From positions 91,091 through 155,090 of the forward strand of contig DF237002.1 of NCBI GenBank assembly GCA_000708835.1: a DNA stretch of 64,000 nt, written 5' to 3'. The notes under the pieces are model-generated. The model was not told the DNA's origin. It was given only the letters and a program-made list of their open reading frames with translations, and did no database searches. This document shows, piece after piece, positions 24,886 through 37,113 of this stretch (its first letter is position 1; the number at the start of each line of letters is the position of its first letter). Source of the DNA: Klebsormidium nitens. Its lineage: Eukaryota > Plantae > Klebsormidiophyceae. The translations under genes were made by a program, and so were the position numbers.

Positions 24886-25401
24886 CCGCACCTGCAGAGC
24901 CTGCAGATCCTCGTTGGTTGAAGGGCACATTGTCAATATCATATGAGGCGCCTTATCCAGGACTTGCGACAAGTTGCTGATTCAACTAGCTTGCTTCCAT
25001 CGAGGGGGCCCAACTCCGGATGAAGCCTTGTGAAGAAGATTGAGAATCTGACAGAGGAAGGAGGTGATTTGAATGAGAAGGATTCCCAGAACACCAAATT
25101 ATTTGACTATAGCAGAAGAGCTGAAGCAATCTGGTGGCAGCCTTTAGCTAGCAGCCTCTGACGAGAGTTTCAACTAGCAAGAAGAGTGGCTCAAATTGTG
25201 CCCAGTACAAGCACCTAGACGTCTTGGACTCGCTGGAGGTGCTGTGTGGATACGGCACAACAGTTTCCTGCTCCTCGTAAGACCGCATTGCAAGTCCTTC
25301 GGATCTAGTGCTCTGAGTTGATCGGCTAAAGTGGCTTTTTATACCCACTCCAAGCTTCAAAGCTCTACGTAGTGTAACCCCGTGGCAATCCCCTTCGCAT
25401 C

Positions 25402-28400
25402 ATGGTACGCCTAGGGAGCCCAGCCTTGCAAAGTCCACACCGCCAAGTCCTTCTTCTGCTGGGACTCCTTCTGTCAAGTTCCCTCCTCGTTTCGGGTCAG
25501 GTCGCCCTCCCCCCCCTCTCTCCAGCCCCAGCCCCTCAGGCTACCATCGCCACCAGTGTTCTTCCCAACGTTTCAGCTCTGAACGAATCCGCAAATGCGG
25601 CCATTCTAGCAACTCTCAACATTCTCCGGTCGGCGCCCCAACCGGCCCCCCCTGCGAGCAACCTACCCAACATTTCAGCCCTGAACGAATCAGCGAATGC
25701 GGCCATTCTAGCCACTCTCAACAGCATTCGCTCGGCGCCCCAGCCGGCCCCCCCTTCGAGCGACCTGCCGAACGCTTCTGCCTTGAATGCATCGGCGACT
25801 GCGGCCATTCTGGCCACTTTGACCGGAGTTCGCGGTGCGCCAGCGCCGGCGCCGTCGCAGACAAATGTCAGCAGTCTGACATTGCAGCAAATCTTGAACC
25901 AGCTGAACCAGAGGGTACCGGTGAGCTTCTTGTGGATCGTTCCCTGGTGCCGTTGAGAACTTGGAGGTTTCTGCAGGTTATGGAGTTCGGAGGCTCCCGA
26001 TGCAGCCCAGATCATCAGCATTTTGTCTTTTGGGAATTCAGATTTGCCCGATGTCGTTTGGGGGCTGGAGTTATTTCAAACCGTGTTCGCTGATGATATC
26101 TCGGGGGTTGGAGTCTACTAGAATTGTGTTCGTTGAGAGAATCTTCTGCTGACCCACTCAGGACTCCCCTTGGGCCCGTCACGAAACTTAGTTGAGGATT
26201 CTTGGGTGGGGCAGTGCACTAGACATTGTCTTGCACTTCATCACTCGGATCTACGAATTGGTTTTTTCCTTTGGCGCTTGAAATGAGAGATGGGCGCAGA
26301 TCGTATGTGCGCAGATCACTGGTCCCGCCAGCGAACTGTAAACTTTCTGCATCCATCATCTGTTCAAACGTACCCAATGCTGGAGAATGGTCTTAAAGAT
26401 AAGTCCATTTTGCGATTCCCACGAACCATCCCTTCCTCAATCTGGGCTTGCCCCATGCTTCAAGATCAGCACGTTCAAGAACGGTCACTCTTCGTCTCCT
26501 GCGCTCGCTCATGAGCTTTATTTTTGCGCAGCCACGTATACTCTCGCCTTAGTCACAGTCCCACAAGGACGAGTTTGCTGTTTTTCTTTCATGGTTCCAA
26601 ACTGGAAGTATAGGATGCAGACCCAGCGTAGATACTTCATTCCAAGAAAACAATATATAAAGTTCTAAACTTCAACTTGAACTTGACCATGAATCTGTTT
26701 TTTAAAGAAAGAATGAACCCTCCGTGACAAACCAAACATTCATAAGATTTTTCAGACCTTGTCATTCATCGGTATTTCTTCTTTGACTCAGCACGCTTGC
26801 AGACTAACCAAATTTTTCACCAGCCAATCAGCTGTCAGATTACCCAAACCCTCCCTCCGTGCAAATTACTCTGGGCCTGGGCGGGATTTGTGTGCCTTCG
26901 AATGAAGTTTCAAAATGGTGCCAAAAAAGCATCCTAAGATGTCAACCAGTATTTGACTTTCTAAGCTTAACACGCAAGCAAACTCATTTGTGCAGGCCGG
27001 TCTGGGCGTCGGCAGACTAGTGCGCCTTTGGATATAAGTTTCGAAGTTTTTCATGGTAACCTTTTAAACACCATTCCAACCACGATTTTACCACTACGCT
27101 TCATACTCGAGCAAACTCATTGTTTGGGCAGGCCACTCTGCGCCTTTGAAAAACTTTTATGAGGTTTTTGAAAAATTTAGCACCGTAAAATCTGTTCAAC
27201 CAGATTTTCACTCAGTAAGCTTTACACTGAAGCAAACTTATCACCTATGCAGGCCACCTTGGGTCTTGGCGCGCTCGGCGTGACCTACGGCGGCCAACAG
27301 GCGCAGCCGCTGCCCTTCTCTCAAGTGGTCACACTGCTGCTGCGCAACAACATCACCGCCATTCGCTTTCTGGACCCCCCCAACGCGGAGTATCTGGACG
27401 CGCTTTCAAACACAGGCATTCAGGTGCGGGCTTTTGCAATGTCTGCGTGCAGATGGGCATGCAGATGTGGCGCTGGAAACAGCCTCATCTTGGTTTGATG
27501 CATAATCTGTTGTGGTTGCTCGTAGTCCTGACTTTCTTTGCATGGAAAGGTCGGAGACTGAAGCGGACACTAGGTACCCGTGTGGCTTTGTGTCGGATGC
27601 TCAATGGTTAAAAAGCGCAAAGCTGCTTTCCCCGCTGTTTTCGGGACTGACACTCTGCAGTTAAGCAAGTGCCGACGATCAACAACAGTTCACGATGTTG
27701 AAGAATGATTTCTACTGGAGAGCAGGTGTCAATTATGGTGCCCAACAATTACATTGTGTACCTGAGCACCAATCCTGACGCGGCCAGGAGTTGGGTTAAC
27801 ACCTGGGTTGGGAAGTACATCGGGCGGGTTCAGTTCAAGTGAGTTTGGTTAACCCGTCGTCCAAAATCCTGGGTGCTTGGAAAGTCCCTGATCCAATCCC
27901 CTGGAGCTTTGAATAGGACAAGCTGTTACCGTCATGCATGTCAGCTTCAGCATCTATTTCTGAGACATTTTCTGAAGATGCAATTGTGTCAATCCTTCAC
28001 GTCCCTGCGTAAGCCTCCAGTCTCTGCTCCTAGAATAGCGGTTCCAAGGTTCACCTCTGTGGGCGTTCACATCCAGCAGTTATGATCGTTCAGATCAGGT
28101 GTGAATACTCCCTTGCGCAGGTACGTGGTGGTCGGTGACACCCCGCTCCGCTTGGTCTACAATTGCTACTACTGCGCCGCGCTGCCTCTGACCGTCGCCA
28201 GCATTCAGGCTGCAATCCTGGAACTGGGCCTTACGACGCAAGTGAGACTCTTCTTTCCTGGTCCCCCGACGTTTCCTGTATCTCAGATATTTTTCTTCAC
28301 TCGCTTGTACCTCCACTGATTCTGCTCTGCACCTCACTGCGCAAATGGCTCTTGAATCAAGCAAATAATACAGCTCTAACCCCCTAGCCAGGCTCAACAG

Positions 28401-31400
28401 TTAACGAGTCAGCTCCTAACCCCGATTTTGATTTTTGGTTTCAGGTCAGCGTCCCACTTGCGGCCAACGACGTTTTGGATTTTGCTGCCGGCGCATGGCC
28501 CCCCAACACGGCGGCATTCAATCCAGTCATTGGGCCCACGCTACTGCTAATACTGAAAACGGCGTTCGAGGCGAACGCCAATCTTTTGGTCGAGTTGGAT
28601 CCGTATGCGATCATTCAAGCGAACACGACCATTCCGTTAAACATGGCTTTGGGAACAGGTGGGTTGTCGGGTTGGTTATCGTTAACCCCTTTATGTTTGT
28701 TCCTCAATCCTGGATGTCGTTGCTGTGGTTCGCTTTGTTTGCCGTTTTCAACCTCTTCGCTGATGTGGCACGTGCTGTTATTCTTGGCGTCGTTGAGTTT
28801 CGCTTGTTCGTGTAGCAATTCTGGAACGTCAAACGCGTATTTGTCAGTTGTGGGAGTCCATGGCTCGATTGCAAGGCCCGTTCTGACAAGTGAATCCAGC
28901 ACTCTTTGTGCTAATTTGCAAGTTTCTTCAGTGTCTTCATAGTCAAAGTCGAAAGCGGTTTGTGTTGCTGCAGCGCAAATGGGCGATCCCGGCACGTTCC
29001 AGCTAATCACGGGGCAGAACTACACCAACATCTACGACATCTACCTGGACGCCATCGCTTATGCTGCTACCGCGGTAAGCTATCACGCTCAAGTCTTACG
29101 GATCGCTATACAAGCGGGCAGCTCTCGTCAGAGATGCGCAAAGACGGGGGCTACTGCCGCAGCTACGCCGCATTGAACTGAAGCGCTCGAGATGAGAGGC
29201 CGACGCAGCCGTCTGATATCCGGACTCATGACGTCAGCAGTGTTACACGGTGGCGTAAGCATCTTTGCGGATGGGACTGTTGACGACGTGTACACTCAAG
29301 ACGTGGAGAGTATGCACAAAGCCTTGTCAAGAACGGCTGGTGGGAAGGAGGTTGGTATGGTGGATATGCTGGATGCGGCAAAAGAGTATTCTGCGGACCA
29401 GCTGGCGAGTATGGATCTAGGGTTTTTGGGGCACGAGGTGGTGTACCGGCCTAAAGAGGACTATGCAAGGCGCCTCGGAGTGGACTCTAGACTTGCAAGG
29501 GAGTGGGAGGGGAGGATAGGACAGGACGAGAGAGGGACGGTAGATGATAGGGGAATTGGTTTGAAGAGCAAGAGAAAGCGGGAACGAAAAGGACAGAAGG
29601 ACAGGTTACGAGAATGCGAGAGGACAGACAAGACCGAAGGGGGGACAGAACAATGGCAATTAGTCATAAAAACACGTTTGTGGCAAAGATGGAGATCCGC
29701 ATGGGACAAAAACTTTCAACAAACATCAGCCGAAACTTTGTTTCCGCTTGTCCCTGCGGCTCCGCTTCCAGACTTGAACGTCACGGTCGGCTCCACGGGC
29801 TAACCCACGTTGAAAGAGGGAAAATCTAACCAACTATTGGACACCGACAAAGTTCCGTTTCCGCTGGTATCTGCAGTTCCGGTTCCCAACGCTGAACATC
29901 ACGGTCGCCTCCACGGGGTGGCCCACCGACGGCGGCGGAAACGCGACGCTGGCCAACGCGCAGACGTACGTGAACTACGTCATCCAGCGCGCGCTGTCCA
30001 ACGGCGGGACGCCCTACCGGCAGAGCCGGGTGAGGAACAGCCGGAAACGAGATGACCAAGCTGCTGAACAAAAAAAGTTCTTGACGTTGTGAGCGTTGAG
30101 AGTACGAAAGCGGTGGGGAATCCTGGTCTATGTTGAGTGCATGAATGGTTTCGGGTCAGTGCGTGAGGAGATGAGACTAGGCGTGGTCTTGAGATTTGTC
30201 CGATTGAGACTGGTGAGTAAGAAAGGACGGCGGCCTTTTCCCCCACAATGCGGCTTCAATTTCTATTCAAGGAAGGATTACGGAAAAGGGGTTTGCGACT
30301 TGCGATCGGCGGTCTCGGCGCATTGATGGGGAAGTGGAGGGCTTGATCGTCGATCCACTTCCTAAGAAGCCGACTGTTGCGACGTGGTATTGAAACGCCG
30401 TCAAAGGGTCGTGAAGCCCACTCACATGAGTGCGATCCAAGCTTCAATTCTGCCCCAAGGGATCGGATTGCCCTTCATTGCCCCTTCCTCACGATAAACC
30501 TGAACTGGACGAGCTCGATTCAAAATCATCTCGCACACATTTCTCCTCGACCATTGCATAGACTGGCCCTTCCTCCTCGAACGTTTCCAGGTGACGGAAT
30601 TATACTTGAACGAGATCATCGACCAGGACCTGATCGAGCTGACGGACGTGCCCTTCCCCAACGGCTGGCAGCGCCACCGGGGCCTATTCACACCACAGGG
30701 CGCGCCCAAGTTTGCGGCGAATCTGAGGGGGACGAATGCGCCGCCGCGGCCGATGAACGGGCTCCAGGATCTGATACGACTGCCTACCAGGTCGGTTCAT
30801 CTGTTCGGTTGGTCAGCCGGTTTGGTTAGTTGTCCACCCACATCTCGGATGATTCCCTTCACTTATTGTCACCCGTCTCCGCACCCCGTTTGTACGCATT
30901 GATCAGGTGAGCTGGACTGTAGTGTGGTCGCGCGAATCTATCTGCCAAGTCCGGGAAGAATTTTGGCAGAACGTCAAGAGTCCGTTTTCCAGCACGGCGT
31001 TCTAATTTAAGAATGGCGAGCTTCGTACACGTCCTCTGAGTGCACTCCAAATGAAAGGGCTGTCGCTCGTAGGCGAAGGGCTGCTTTTCGTCTGTGGGTT
31101 TCAATCGTGCAAGCCATGAGTGCGCCCGCTTTTTCCGAAGGCCACGGTTTGAAGGTGACTCACTGTCCAGCTGTGTCGCGAATAGATGGCCCACTATCGC
31201 CCATAAAGGTCACATGCAGACTGATTCCTAAGCCTGAGTACGCCAACAAAAATGACTGCACATTTGCGAGCTGCAAACCTCTGTCTATATCCACCAGCGG
31301 CCGGGGTCGTAGCCATTTCGCAGGAGTCTGATCCCGCCCTTTCTTCCCCCAGGTTCTGCGTCGCCAAGCCCGGTGTTCCCGACACCGCCCTCCTGCTTCA

Positions 31401-31743
31401 GCAGATTCAGGCCTGCTCCGGCGGCGCCGACTGCACGCCGTTCGCAAACGGGGGCTCGTGTTTCCTGCCCGACACGGTCGCAGCGCACACGTCGTACGCG
31501 TTTAATGATTACTACCAGAAGCACGCGCAGTGGAGCCCCGCTTGCGACTTTGGTGGGACCGCACAGCTAGTTACAGAAGACCCCTCGTACGGTAATTGCT
31601 CGTTCACTGGCGGGGTGGGTCTCCCGGGATACGGGGTTCCGGGAACGGTTAGGAGTGCGGGCGGCGAGGGGCGAGTCGGTTTTGCATTGAGGGTTGCGGT
31701 TACGTGCTTGCTTTCAGCGCTTTTAGGTCACGGGTTAGTGTAG
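25402..31743 (+). CDS. Secreted GH17 beta-1,3-glucanase homologue with X8/CBM43 domain and probable GPI signal; both catalytic Glu appear substituted
   Basis: Exons 25402-25920 (hydrophobic signal peptide plus repeats), 27253-27423 (LGVTYG), 27726-27838, 28121-28241 (YVVVGDTP), 28445-28658 (LLVELDPY), 28974-29074, 29877-30029 (ITVASTGWPTDG), 30591-30790 and 31353-31743 (FCVAKP..ACSGGADC..NGGSCFLPDTVAAHTSYAFNDYYQ..CDFGGTA..DPSYGNC, which is X8, then a hydrophobic C-terminus). Confidence 0.9.
25561..25845 (+). repeat. Three tandem 102-nt (34-aa) coding repeats in exon 1 of the GH17 gene
   Basis: Units start at 25561, 25663 and 25765: LPNVSALNESANAAILATLNILRSAPQPAPP, LPNISALNESANAAILATLNSIRSAPQPAPP and LPNASALNASATAAILATLTGVRGAPAPAP. 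Confidence 0.9.
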
Positions 31744-32836
31744 GCTATCGTCAGAAAGTCGTTTAGCTTAGCAGAGGAAGGTGCCCAGTGTTGTTGCCTT
31801 CGGGCTGTCCTTGAGATCACCAACATGCTGCCCGATCCTTCCGACTGGTTCTATTTCAGAAGATGTACCATATCGTTTGATAATTTGTTTTGTGCAATTT
31901 TCATGCGACCATCTTTGCCGGTCCGTCGTGATGTTAAGTCCAAAGATTTGGCAAACTCGCAAAATGAGCAGGAACATGGTTCCATACACGACTTCGCATG
32001 TGTATGGAGAGTGAAAAATTGCGCTGACAATTGTAAGAACACTGGGCTCTCCTACTTCGCACATGCAAACTATGATAGGACTTTGGCGCATACGGGGCGT
32101 GCAAAACCGTCTAGCTGGCCAATCAGCTAGCGGACTCATGAACGGAAGAAGTTCCTTTCTGGCTGAGCCATGCAAGAATCAATGTGCATACAAGCTCCTT
32201 TTGTGAAACATGCTAACTTATAGTGCCGTTCAACAGCTAAGTCGATCGGGCCTGATGCGCGATGCTGCATTGAATGTGTCGCTATCGACCGTACGGATCG
32301 ACCTCGATACTTTGTTACAGAGGTCCAACCTCTCGCGATATCGGGTCTGGGGACTGTAAGTTCCTTGCCTTCAAGCGAGCCCTGATAGCTTGACTGGCAC
32401 GCAGGGCGGACCCGGTTCCAAAAGTGCACACTACGGTGATATCCAAAAACGAATTGACGTCTATAGACCGCGAGTATTTTGCCCCAATTGACAACTGCAA
32501 GTAGCGAGCTGCCTCTCAGTAACTTCTACTCAGGAAGCTGTCTAGTACCCAGTACGTTATGGATCTCAGAATCGCTACATAGATACACGATTGCGCGCGA
32601 TTTTTCGGATCAGTGTGCCAGCGCCGCGATGTCCCGGCAAGCGTGTCACTGATTTGCGAGGCGGGCCTATGGCGTGTGTTGCTCAATCATGCCTACTTTG
32701 GATCTTGACGTCATTGGAGGAAAATCTGCTCTCCCGGACTCCACGTGCTTTGACACGGCGTGCGATGCAAATCGACCCGGCGGACCAAGCCCAATTTCAC
32801 TGCTGTGTGTACCTCAAATGATCACCAGACGGCGCT

Positions 32837-34859
32837 CTATGGCTCGTAAGTGCTTGCTGTGTGGTTGCCGACGGAGCCGTTCCAGGCGGTCCAGTTATGA
32901 GTTCCAGTCGCCGCAAGCCCGCAAGATAGGCGATAACCCACAGCACCTGAACGATGAAGCGCTTGATTTTGATTACGATCCGCTTTTCGATATCGTACCT
33001 GCTGTTTAGAATGAAGAAATGAAGAACAGATTGCAGACTATCTTTGACACCGTCAACCACCGTTGGGCTTGCGCACTTCCAGATGCAGCGGCTTGAATCA
33101 GTCTTGTGACTCGTTATCTACCCTCTGGATTTGATCTGTCTAACGGGCTGTGCAGAAGACAGCGCAGTGGACAAATTACCGGCTCGTAACCACCGCCTCA
33201 CGGAAAAAGCGCCTTCTCAAGCTGTCAAACGGGAGATCTCCTCCCAAACACAAGGTCAAAACAGAGAACGACGAGATGCTCGAGTTTCGCTTTAGAACGC
33301 ACTGACTCATACAAAAACCTTTCTGTAACTCATGTATGAAATGCAGCCCACTCACTCGAATAAACTAAGAAGGCGGCCTAAGAACAAACGCCCACTCCTC
33401 ACCTGGAAGTACGCCGCGCCTCCGACCATGCCTACGAGCATTGCGCCGAAGCGCGCCCCGGGCCCCGCGAGCGCGGCCGCGTACTTTTGCAACAGCCCGA
33501 GGATGAGCAGCACCGCGGTTATGGGCGCCGGCAAGCCCACCCCGTCCGCTAAAACGAAAAAGTCATTCAAGTTGGACCACGGGTTGCCGATGAGCACCGC
33601 GACAATGAACGGAGGCGCACACGCGCAGACAGCCATGCCGGCGACAGTGAGCAGGAAAAAGGCGACCATCTGCCAGCGCGCGGTGCGGGCGAGTCGCCAG
33701 CTCCGAAGGAGGGAAGCGAAGCCCCAACAGTCGGGGTCTAGGATGGTGGCGGGAAGTGCTAGGAGGGTGTTGGAAGCGACGAAGACGCTGAGTAGAGGCG
33801 CGGAGAATGCGAGTGACGTGTAGAGGATTGCGCTCGGGAGGTTGGCGTTCTTTCCTGCGGCGCAGCAAAAGGGAAAAGACTTCAGGCAGCGGGGAAAGGA
33901 AAACCTGACTGTCCCTGGGAGGGCTGTTAGATCACTCCGACAACCCCAACGAAACTCCAAGAGAAGCAAATGGAAAGCAGGAAACAGATACAGGGTGAAA
34001 AGAAGAATCAGGGGTGGTTCTTGCAGTCCAATCTTACAAGGTCTACAAACACCTCAGTGAGACCGAAGGTTCGGATTGTAGATGTGGTCAAAACTTTGAG
34101 GAGCGGAAAGGTGACACAAGCTTTTCTGATTAAGTGGACATGTAAAAACGGCGCGTCATACTTTCGAGTAAGGTCAGGGAGCATAGCGCCTAGTTGGCTT
34201 GGTTGTTTCCCAGGCTAGTTGACGCTCCAAAAGCAAAGAGAAGTCCCTTTGTCAGCTTCGGACACCGCACGGACACTGCGGCCTCTGAGAAGGAGTGGAA
34301 AAATATAAGCAAGCGGCATCGATCTAAGTAGCTGGTCAGCGCAGATCCACCCACCTTTTTCCACACCTGGAGAACCAGAACCCCACAGCGGCAGACGTTC
34401 ACAACCGTATTGGAGCCCCCCGTATAAGCTCAAGCACACAACCGCTGTGGTCAAGACCTTCAGAAACTTGACCAAACGGGAGCGCCTCCTTGTCGGAGCC
34501 ACCTCTTGAGCCTCCAATCTTTTGGTCCGATAGAACGAGACCACTTTACGCGCGGAAATGCCTGCACAAGCCGTCCACACGACGCCCGCTGCCGCCAGCA
34601 TTGTGACCCGAGCAACGGGTTGTCCGACGATTAGAGCTATCCAGAGCACCGTCACAATGGATGTGTCCGGGAAGGCTTTCCTGAGGAAGTTGAACACAGA
34701 AAGAGGGCTTGACAAGGCTACGGTTAGGGACACCAAAGCCAGAACTGTGGGGAGTGCGGCCAGCAGGAGCGAACCGGGTTGCGCTTGGAAGATGCGCCAC
34801 GAAAGGGCGATGACGGTAAAGAAGCCGGGCGGGGCCTCTGACGCGTTTGGCGTCATCAT
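32837..34859 (-). CDS. Uncharacterised multi-pass membrane protein
   Basis: Exon 34859-34406 joins 33854-33403 in phase at GT-AG sites, and a last exon 32998-32837 is tentative. There are many long hydrophobic segments (e.g. SLLLAALPTVLALVSLTVALSS, WQMVAFFLLTVAGMAVCACAPPFIVAVLIG). Family not recognised. Confidence 0.6.
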
Positions 34860-37113
34860 GGCGTCAGTAGTGCGTTTCTGTGAGGAGATCGGGGCTGAGA
34901 GCTCTTCAGGAAGGTGGCGCGGTACTCTTTTGGGGCAACTGCACGTGAAGCATTGATTGGATGTGAGTCATAAGAGGTTTTCGCAGCTCACAAGAGGCTA
35001 CGCAGCAACCAGCTGGCCGTCAGAAGTTAGCTACAGCTCATTCTACTGCAGTGAAAAGTCCAGCTAAGAAAGCACAGAGTAGTACTGCCAGATTAGTCCA
35101 CAACAAAGGGACTTGACTCCTTCTGCAATGCCTATCGGTGCCAGTACTGTGAACAGCAGTTCATCATGCAAAGCATGGAGTTCGTCAAGAGGTTCTGCCC
35201 TCAGAAACGATCTATACCTGAACCTACTATTAGTCGGAGGCCTCAGTCACTGCAAAGGACACCTCTTATGCTATCTAGTTCAGCCAAGTGAACATGCATC
35301 AGCTGATGATCAGATGGAGTGTGCGCTGCGTATTCTGACACAGGTCAGACACAACCTTGAATGCAATGCCCTTACCACGTCAAGAAGAGGACTGATTGGT
35401 CTGACGCTTCCTAATTTGCCAGCATTGGCAAAGATGATTGAGCGCCGCAAGAATGTCCTTCCTCTCTTCTTGCAGTCGGGCTGAGTAGGAGCTCCTGGCG
35501 GCAGCTCAGCGAAACTTCGATTAGTTGAGCACGAGTCGAATCAACAAGAACGCCTGGGGTGGAAACTTGATGAAGCTGAGTCGTCCAATGGACGTGTTCT
35601 TAAGGTACCTTGTAGGCTTGTACAGCTCCGACCAGACACCAAACCGATAGCTGAGCGTATGTATGGTACAGGCCGTGACCGCTTTGATCTGCCGTCGGGC
35701 CATTGACCAAGTCTACTCTGCAATCCCCCTGTACTTTAGGATACACAATCTCTTCGCATTTATGGCGCATTCAAGCAGGATTCCTTTTGTGAGCACGCAT
35801 TTGCTGCGACCTCCTGTTCGTACCGGTCGGTATTGCAACGCAATACAGCTCCTTCAGAGAACTCCCCTACGGAGCGCATTTGCCGAGGGTTGAGGAACTC
35901 CCCCAGTATTTATCCGACGGTTCGTAGAACTCGCCTGACCAAGATCGACGGTTGCAGCCAGAAGGGACTATCCAACCCCTATTGGTTGATGAACAGACCA
36001 TCGGACGGCCTAAAAGATACTTAGGCGGCCCAGCGGCCACGACGGCAAGTTTCGAAGTCGACAACGTACCAGTGAGTCCTGACGCGCGTCGCTTCGATGT
36101 CATTCTAGGACTTGACTCTAGCTAGATAATCTGCGGTGGCATGTTTCTCAAGGACCGTCTGTCTCGTCGACGATGCACTGAGCAAGCGGCCGCCACTTGG
36201 CTGTCGAAATTTATACGAAGCCTTTGGCAAAATCGTATTCTCGAATCAAACGATCAAAATCTCATGTCGAGCTTTCACAATTGCCCTAACAGAGCTCCAG
36301 CATTTGCAAGAGCTCCAAGGCCGGTCAGCAACAAGGTAGAGATTTTGCCTGAAGTGCCATGCCACATGCATCCTCAAATGCGAAGCGTTGCATCACATGT
36401 GAACGTTGACATGCATATGTGACCAACAAACCTATCTTCTGGTTGATCGGTTTTTATGTACATGTGGCGTAAAAGACGAATCAACCCGGTATAGGCCGGG
36501 CCCATGTGACTCCTTGTTAATAAAATATAATTCAGCCTACTGTCGACGTGCCAGTAAGCCTAGGCTGCCAACGACCTCATGCATGTGACCGGTAGCTTTC
36601 AGCCGACCAATTTTGCACCATACACGCTTCTCGGGGCAGCTTCACTCACCATACAAGCATTTGCAACCAGGCAGGCCAAACGTTGCCAGGGCTAACCGCA
36701 GTTCGACGCTGTTGTGGTGCACACGTTAGGATTCATCACGCAAGCCCCAGCCACAGCATTGTGGCACGACTGCCGGCAACCGGGACACTTGGAGTGACCT
36801 CAGCCGGATCCAGAGATCTATGGACTTGATGAAACCTGTAGAAATTCACAACATTTAGGACCACTATGGGCCCAGAGAGTGGTACAGAGAGCGCATCAAT
36901 GAGATTGCATGGCTTCGGGACATGAAGCCTTCACCTTTCAGAGCAAAATTTCCCCCAGAAAAAGCAAGCCCTCTGCTGCCATTGACCTAAAATTGCCGAC
37001 TCGAAATGTTCAACGGATGGAGACAAATACATGCAAACCTGTCTCCTAACTACTATGTGGCCAGCGCTCTGGCTTCGTCGCAGAAGCTCTCCCCTCAATG
37101 ACTGACCTCGGGT

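Noticed and set aside
35113-36422. Several 60-120 aa ORFs between the membrane-protein and DUF3054 genes
   Set aside because: No recognisable motifs and no consistent splice chain could be built, so a gene cannot be supported from sequence alone.
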